DNA of 47,918 nucleotides from a virus: IMG/VR virus record IMGVR_UViG_3300045988_031971, positions 1 to 47,918 of that record; one strand, 5' to 3'. Shown piece by piece: positions 43,667 to 47,918 of this stretch (position 1 is its first letter; each line of letters starts with the position of its first letter). The notes under the pieces were generated by a model. It saw only the letters and a program-made list of their open reading frames with translations, ran no database searches and was not told where the DNA came from. The position numbers and the translations under genes were made by a program.

Positions 43667-43688
43667 TTCTGCAATAGATTAGCAATAG
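43667..43688 (+). repeat. 22-bp direct repeat, copy A (candidate integrase arm site)
   Basis: TTCTGCAATAGATTAGCAATAG; 21/22 nt identical to 43859-43880. Confidence 0.6.
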
Positions 43689-43772
43689 ACAAAATTTTTG
43701 GGACACTTTCAAAAATTTATCAAACGAAAAAGTGATGGAAACTAGCCAATCAAGCCAAAATCCATCACTTTT

Positions 43773-43820
43773 TGGTGGAGATAAGCGGGATCGAACCGCT
43801 GACCTCTTGAATGCCATTCA
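43773..43820 (-). other. attP core: 3' 48 nt of a tRNA-Ala(GGC)-like gene (anticodon loop to CCA)
   Basis: The minus strand reads TGAATGGCATTCAAGAGGTCAGCGGTTCGATCCCGCTTATCTCCACCA: T-arm, acceptor 3' strand and GGC anticodon loop. No 5' half is present. Confidence 0.7.
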
Positions 43821-43858
43821 TAGAAAAACCCAGTAATATCAAGGCTTTCCGGGATTTT

Positions 43859-43880
43859 TTCTGCAATAGATTAGTAATAG
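43859..43880 (+). repeat. 22-bp direct repeat, copy B (abuts the integrase stop codon)
   Basis: TTCTGCAATAGATTAGTAATAG. Confidence 0.6.
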
Positions 43881-43881
43881 G

Positions 43882-45015
43882 CTAAATTGCGTCGGTCACC
43901 TTTCTGAGGTCTTCAAAGGAGACATCTTGATAATGACGAAGCATTTCCGGAGAGGTATGGCCCATCAATTCCAGCTTGTCTTTATCGGAACCGGCCACCC
44001 GCTTCATCATCGTTGCAAAGGTGTGGCGGCAACTGTGTGGAGTGTATTTTCTCCTCTTGACACCATCGACTTCTAGTATTGGATTGTCGATCCCGCAATC
44101 GTTCAGTACAGAATAAAAGAGAGACCGATATGCGGCTATGTTCATTTGGCTACCGTCAGGAGAACAGAAGACCGGCCCCGAGAGCTTGTCTTTTGTAAGG
44201 CGGTCCACAATAGGTTGGATCTTTGGGGACACCGTGACAATACGGTCCTTTCCGGCGTCCGTTTTGGCACCGCCAATAAATGCACGCTCTTTTCGGTTGT
44301 AGTTGATGGCGTCCAATGCAAGGAACTCAGATGGCCGGAATCCTAGATAGCACTGGCACAGAACATAGTCCGCACCTACAACCGATGAGATATGAGCCTC
44401 TATTGACCTGACAGCAGCCTCAGGTAGTGCATCCTTTCCAGAACCAGCCTCTCCCCCAACGATCAGATACTGGCCCATATTGATTTTTGCCATATTGCGC
44501 GGGATCGCATACTTATAGATAAGCCCGGCCAGAGCTTTCATATTTTCCTGCGTTCGCTTTCCCTTCCCACAGGAGTCTAAACACTCCTGAAGATCATCCA
44601 CTGTAATGTCTGCCAGCTTCTGATGCCAAATGGGCCTGAAATACTTTTTAGCAGCCCGGTAGCAGTCCATTGTTGACTTTCCGGCTCGGTGGGTCGGCTC
44701 CCACGAATCATAGAGTTCGATGAAAGTGGTGGGACGTGTTTTGTCTTCTCGCCCAACCAATGGAAGATACTCCACAGCCTCTTTTTTCGTCCTGAATCCA
44801 GATTTTGAGCGGGTGATCCTCCGCATAGTTCCATCTGCTGCGGGCTCATAGCCGATGGTCCTTACGGCGATCCACTTTTTGTTGGGAAGCTGATACACGG
44901 AGCCCTGACCATTTCCGCGGCCTTTTGGATTTTGCCTGATATTTTGTGCAACTCCGCAGAGCATACAGAACCGGCTTCCATCTGGTATTTCTCCCCTGCA
45001 TTTTCTGCATTTCAT
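43882..45015 (-). CDS. int: Tyrosine integrase with an N-terminal zinc ribbon
   Basis: MKCRKCRGEIPDGSRFCMLCG, then HSCRHTFAT and LMGHTSPEMLRHY catalytic motifs. RBS AGGAGGG precedes the second ATG. Confidence 0.85.
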   Translation of the reverse strand: MKCRKCRGEIPDGSRFCMLCGVAQNIRQNPKGRGNGQGSVYQLPNKKWIAVRTIGYEPAADGTMRRITRSKSGFRTKKEAVEYLPLVGREDKTRPTTFIELYDSWEPTHRAGKSTMDCYRAAKKYFRPIWHQKLADITVDDLQECLDSCGKGKRTQENMKALAGLIYKYAIPRNMAKINMGQYLIVGGEAGSGKDALPEAAVRSIEAHISSVVGADYVLCQCYLGFRPSEFLALDAINYNRKERAFIGGAKTDAGKDRIVTVSPKIQPIVDRLTKDKLSGPVFCSPDGSQMNIAAYRSLFYSVLNDCGIDNPILEVDGVKRRKYTPHSCRHTFATMMKRVAGSDKDKLELMGHTSPEMLRHYQDVSFEDLRKVTDAI

Positions 45016-45116
45016 TGACAGTTTCCCTCCTATCATGTAAAATAGAAGGGCAGATTGCCGACCATAGCTTCTGCCCCCCTTCCCTGCCCGGTGTTGGTAG
45101 CGCCGGGTGGGGATTT

Positions 45117-45941
45117 TTATTTATCAAGTTCCTTTATGTCTTTTGCTGTATGCTTGGAAATTGCAGATTTCCCTGTTTTCTCCTCTAGTTCTTGCCGGGC
45201 GTTTTTGGCGATGGCACCACCTTGTTGTGCAACCTTTTTGCTTGGCTCGAGTCCTTGTGGGTTGGTAGCTCTTGAAATTTCGGTTGTGGATACTTCCGCA
45301 AGCATATTAAGGACTAATTCAGTATTTGTCATATTGTCTCGGAGGCTTTCCTTTTTCAGTCCCTTGTATGCTTTATATTCCCCTGTAGTCATTCCAGCCC
45401 ATGCTTTTGTTAATTCGTTGGTGAGAATTGCATACTCTAAGTCTTTAATCCCGGCCCGGTCCCACTCATCGGTAAGCTCCTTGCGAAATTCAATAGATTT
45501 AAGACGTTGTGTGATCCATTTGTCGGAATACCCTTTTTTCTTGTAATTATAAAGGGCCCTTTGAATTGCCAATTCAGGATCAGCTGTTTCGTCTAAACGC
45601 TGGCTACCTACCATGGCAAGCCATTGTTTGAAAGGCTCTGCTTTAGGAGATGATATAGACTGGATAATTCTCAACATTCCTTTTGTGTCGGTTGCTTGTA
45701 CACGTCTAGATTTTCCATCAGCAGCCGTCATTGTAACCAGGGTACAAATTGTACCCCAGTTCAAATTTAATTCTGGGTCTCTGGATTTCATCTTTTTAAT
45801 ATACTGTTTTACATCTGCACTATCGGTTAACGCCTCTACAACATCTTGGATTGAAAAATACCATTCCTCTTTTTCAGAATCCCAAGCTGTTCTGATTTCC
45901 TTACTTTCAAACAACTTGATTGCTGTCTTTTTATCTCCCAT
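45117..45941 (-). CDS. Bro-N domain / DinD-like (DNA-damage-inducible protein D family) protein
   Basis: N-terminal FESKEIRTAWDSEKEEWYFSIQDVVEAL (Bro-N). C-terminal KGLKKESLRDNMTNTELVLNMLAEVST resembles DinD. Confidence 0.65.
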   Translation of the reverse strand: MGDKKTAIKLFESKEIRTAWDSEKEEWYFSIQDVVEALTDSADVKQYIKKMKSRDPELNLNWGTICTLVTMTAADGKSRRVQATDTKGMLRIIQSISSPKAEPFKQWLAMVGSQRLDETADPELAIQRALYNYKKKGYSDKWITQRLKSIEFRKELTDEWDRAGIKDLEYAILTNELTKAWAGMTTGEYKAYKGLKKESLRDNMTNTELVLNMLAEVSTTEISRATNPQGLEPSKKVAQQGGAIAKNARQELEEKTGKSAISKHTAKDIKELDK

Positions 45942-45989
45942 ACAATTATCCTTTCTAGTTTCTCATCCTCGCCACCTCGGGCGGGGCTT

Positions 45990-46226
45990 TTATTTCCCCC
46001 AAAACCCAAACAACCCCTTCCTCCTCTTCTCTCTCCTGTCCAGCTCTTCGTTGATCTGCTCAGTCTGCTGGATGATATGCCGCAGCTCCTCCTCTGACAG
46101 TTTCCCCTTGCGGGATTTGGCGTACATCAGGAACGCACGAGCTTCAGAACAGAACGAGTCATCGTCCAGGGACTTGATGCGCTCTACCGTCCATGAGGTG
46201 ATGTCTTCGTGTTTGAGATGGTTCAT
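45990..46226 (-). CDS. Hypothetical protein (78 aa)
   Basis: Minus-strand ORF in the lysogeny operon. No recognisable motif. Confidence 0.5.
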   Translation of the reverse strand: MNHLKHEDITSWTVERIKSLDDDSFCSEARAFLMYAKSRKGKLSEEELRHIIQQTEQINEELDRREKRRKGLFGFWGK

Positions 46227-46302
46227 ATTGATAAGACCTCGGAATTTTGTGAAGTAGTGTGTAGGTGCGTTTTCAAATGGTCAATATTGGGGCGGGGGAT
46301 TT

Positions 46303-47226
46303 TTATTGCTTTTCCAGCATTTCTTCCAGCCTGTCTCGATCCCAAAGAATGGTCCTTGTTTTCTCCGCAAGTTCCTTTGCCCCCTTTGTGAAATATCTGT
46401 TGGTCATAACTACACCAACATGGCAACCGTAGAACACACGTCCAGCCTCCGCCTCCTGAACGGGCGTATTTCCAAGGTCTTTAGAGTAGCACTTACACTG
46501 GATGGCGTATTTAATGCCGTCTTTCTCTGCAAGCACATCGATTCCCTGGTCTCCACTGCCTGGGGTTACTTCTACATTCTCATAGCCGTTTTTCCGCAGA
46601 AGATCGGCACACCAATACTCGAAGTCATGGCCTTCCATACTATCTACTATGCCAATACCTTGCTGGTCCATCTGCCATTTCTTTTCTGCATCAATAATGC
46701 TCTGAATTTGATCTTCGCCTAGCCCGTACCCATTAGGAACATCAGAATTTAATTGTATCTGGTCTTGTCTCAATAACTCCAAGGTATTACACTCGTGGCA
46801 CAAAAAACGGAATTGGGCCCATGCAAACTCTTTATTCTCGACACTACATCGATGTTCGTATTCTACCACGTCTTTTTTATACTGTATGATTCTTGACTTG
46901 ACATGCGGATTATCGTATTTGTACACCCCTTTGTGCTCATCAACAATTTCGTCTGCACTTCGCGCTATGGCATCGTGCAGATGTTTTTGAAATTCGCTCT
47001 CAAATTTCCAATACTCAGCAGTCAAATTTCCTTTTAGGTTAGATATTCTACCATTCATTGCAGAAAGCTTTTTAAAGGCATCTAAAAGGAGGTCGTAATT
47101 TTCTATAAAGGCAGATATACTCCTTGCCTTATTCGCGGCATTTGCATATAGTTCAGCATCGAGGAAAATATCCATCGCCAATTTTTCGCGGCTTCGCTTA
47201 AAAAATGGGACCTTAAATGGTTCCAC
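46303..47226 (-). CDS. Mrr-cat (PD-(D/E)xK) restriction-endonuclease-domain protein with an unknown ~200-aa N-terminal domain
   Basis: C-terminal HDFEYWCADLLRKNGYENVEVTPGSGDQGIDVLAEKDGIKYAIQCKCY. The start is uncertain (GTG 47226 or ATG 47175). Confidence 0.65.
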   Translation of the reverse strand: MEPFKVPFFKRSREKLAMDIFLDAELYANAANKARSISAFIENYDLLLDAFKKLSAMNGRISNLKGNLTAEYWKFESEFQKHLHDAIARSADEIVDEHKGVYKYDNPHVKSRIIQYKKDVVEYEHRCSVENKEFAWAQFRFLCHECNTLELLRQDQIQLNSDVPNGYGLGEDQIQSIIDAEKKWQMDQQGIGIVDSMEGHDFEYWCADLLRKNGYENVEVTPGSGDQGIDVLAEKDGIKYAIQCKCYSKDLGNTPVQEAEAGRVFYGCHVGVVMTNRYFTKGAKELAEKTRTILWDRDRLEEMLEKQ

Positions 47227-47248
47227 CCCAATGCACCACCATTTCTAA

Positions 47249-47680
47249 CTAAAAATACAGTTCTGTCGCCAGATTCCCATGTGTGTACCAGCAGACAGCT
47301 TTCTTCATAAAATCTTCAGTGACGTGGAAGTAGTCCGCTAAGTCCCACATCTCTGTATGTCCGTCAGCAATGGCTTCGTCCAATTCTTGCTCCGAAACAA
47401 ATTCATTGATTGCCCACTTGTCTGCACGATTTTCATGCTTCCGCCTTACATCACAAGTCGCATACTCGTTATAGAAACTACCTGTCACGCTATGCCCAAG
47501 TTCGTGCCCCAGCTTCATTTTTTCATCTAGCTCCGAAGCTAATTTAAATGGATCGATTGCAATATAGCAAGTCCCATCGCTATCCATGACCGAAAGGGCC
47601 TCCCGCTTTTTCAGTTCAAAGCAATCTACCGCAATATCATTATCTTCCGCAAGACGGTATAGGCCCATCAGGTCCATCAT
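47249..47680 (-). CDS. immA: ImmA/IrrE-family zinc metallopeptidase (anti-repressor protease)
   Basis: HELGH (HEXXH) motif. It lies directly downstream of the XRE repressor and overlaps it. Start chosen at MMDLMGLY; the Arg-rich N-terminal extension of the tracked ORF lies inside the repressor gene. Confidence 0.75.
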   Translation of the reverse strand: MMDLMGLYRLAEDNDIAVDCFELKKREALSVMDSDGTCYIAIDPFKLASELDEKMKLGHELGHSVTGSFYNEYATCDVRRKHENRADKWAINEFVSEQELDEAIADGHTEMWDLADYFHVTEDFMKKAVCWYTHGNLATELYF

Positions 47681-47918
47681 TTTTTCTTCTTCCTTTCCCG
47701 GACAAAGGCGGCGTATCGCTTTACGTCGTCCAGGTCGTCTTCGTCCACGTCGTCGGAGTCGCCCCACAGGGCAAACATAATATCGTCGTCGCTGACTATG
47801 CGCTCACCATCGGTGGGTGCTTTTTTTGTTTCTTCGCCAGTTAAAAGATAATCAACAGATACTTTAAAATATGTTGCGATTTTTGCCAGTTTATCTGCTG
47901 ATAGGCTTTCGATTCTTC
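47677..47918 (-). CDS. CI-like XRE-family repressor, C-terminal part (acidic tail); 47820-47918 duplicates 1-99
   Basis: In-frame continuation ...APTDGERIVSDDDIMFALWGDSDDVDEDDLDDVKRYAAFVRERKKKK, with stop TGA at 47679-47677. The joined ORF is 357 nt (118 aa). The stop overlaps the ATG of the downstream ImmA gene. Confidence 0.75.
   Translation of the reverse strand, partial: RIESLSADKLAKIATYFKVSVDYLLTGEETKKAPTDGERIVSDDDIMFALWGDSDDVDEDDLDDVKRYAAFVRERKKKK
47820..47918. repeat. Terminal direct repeat, copy 2 (identical to 1-99)
   Basis: Same 99-nt string as 1-99. Confidence 0.95.

Larger units (their letters stand above)
1..47918. mobile_element. Complete temperate tailed-phage genome (siphovirus-like), circular assembly
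   Basis: Integrase+attP, CI/Cro switch, replication, terminase, portal, capsid, tail and lysis modules are all present. The two window ends share 99 identical bp. Confidence 0.9.

Noticed and set aside
43741-43830. An intact tRNA gene on the minus strand.
   Set aside because: Only the anticodon loop through CCA is present. The sequence 5' of it (TTTTTCTATGA) cannot form the anticodon stem, D-arm or acceptor 5' strand. It is an attP core fragment.
1-47918. CRISPR arrays, rRNA genes, transposase/IS elements, or retron-like msr/msd with a reverse transcriptase.
   Set aside because: No regularly spaced repeat/spacer arrays, no rRNA-like segments, no transposase or reverse-transcriptase motifs were seen in any tracked ORF.

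Overview
The window is a complete, circularly closed temperate siphovirus-type phage genome (or an excised prophage). Bases 1-99 are identical to 47820-47918, so the unique length is 47,819 bp, and the CI-like repressor gene is split across the window ends.

Gene order:
- Immunity switch (about 215-400): a consensus rightward promoter and five 16-bp GYAC-N8-GTRC operators.
- Plus-strand early region (406-14142): Cro-like HTH, Xis-like HTH, two tandem ParB-fold proteins, a Rad52/Sak-like annealase, NinB-like, HNH, SSB, a replisome organizer with internal iterons, a DnaB-like helicase, RusA, a short C5-methyltransferase-like gene, Lar, many small Cys-rich ORFs, and a DUF5664-type dNTP pyrophosphohydrolase-like gene.
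- Minus-strand morons: a KTSC gene and a two-gene XRE module with its own promoter and operator.
- Packaging and head (15079-24689): TerS, PBSX-type TerL, SPP1-type portal, a MuF/minor-capsid protein whose C-terminus looks like a nuclease toxin, scaffold, a decoration protein with a Listeria-Bacteroides repeat, an E-type major capsid and connectors.
- Tail (24703-37473): major tail, chaperone, Gp15, a minus-strand membrane OB-fold moron, a tape measure with seven 180-bp repeats, a glycine-rich tail protein, a collagen-like fibre, and an Ig-like plus C-type-lectin/FGE-fold receptor-binding protein.
- Lysis (37638-39304): XhlA-like, two holin-like proteins and a CHAP endolysin.
- An unusual low-complexity, Cys-rich cargo cluster (39320-43634), interrupted by an HNH homing endonuclease.
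- attP, carrying the 3' 48 nt of a tRNA-Ala(GGC).
- Minus-strand lysogeny operon: integrase, Bro-N/DinD-like, a small ORF, an Mrr-type nuclease, ImmA, then the repressor.

No CRISPR array, rRNA or intact tRNA is present.

The most interesting unexplained items are:
- a promoter / structured leader / terminator / mini-ORF unit between the MuF-toxin gene and the scaffold gene;
- the post-lysis cargo cluster;
- the accessory genes in the lysogeny operon;
- a structured GC-rich non-coding block upstream of the packaging genes;
- a DGR-like variable-region tail tip with no reverse transcriptase or template repeat.

All functional calls rest on motif recognition by eye, without database searches.
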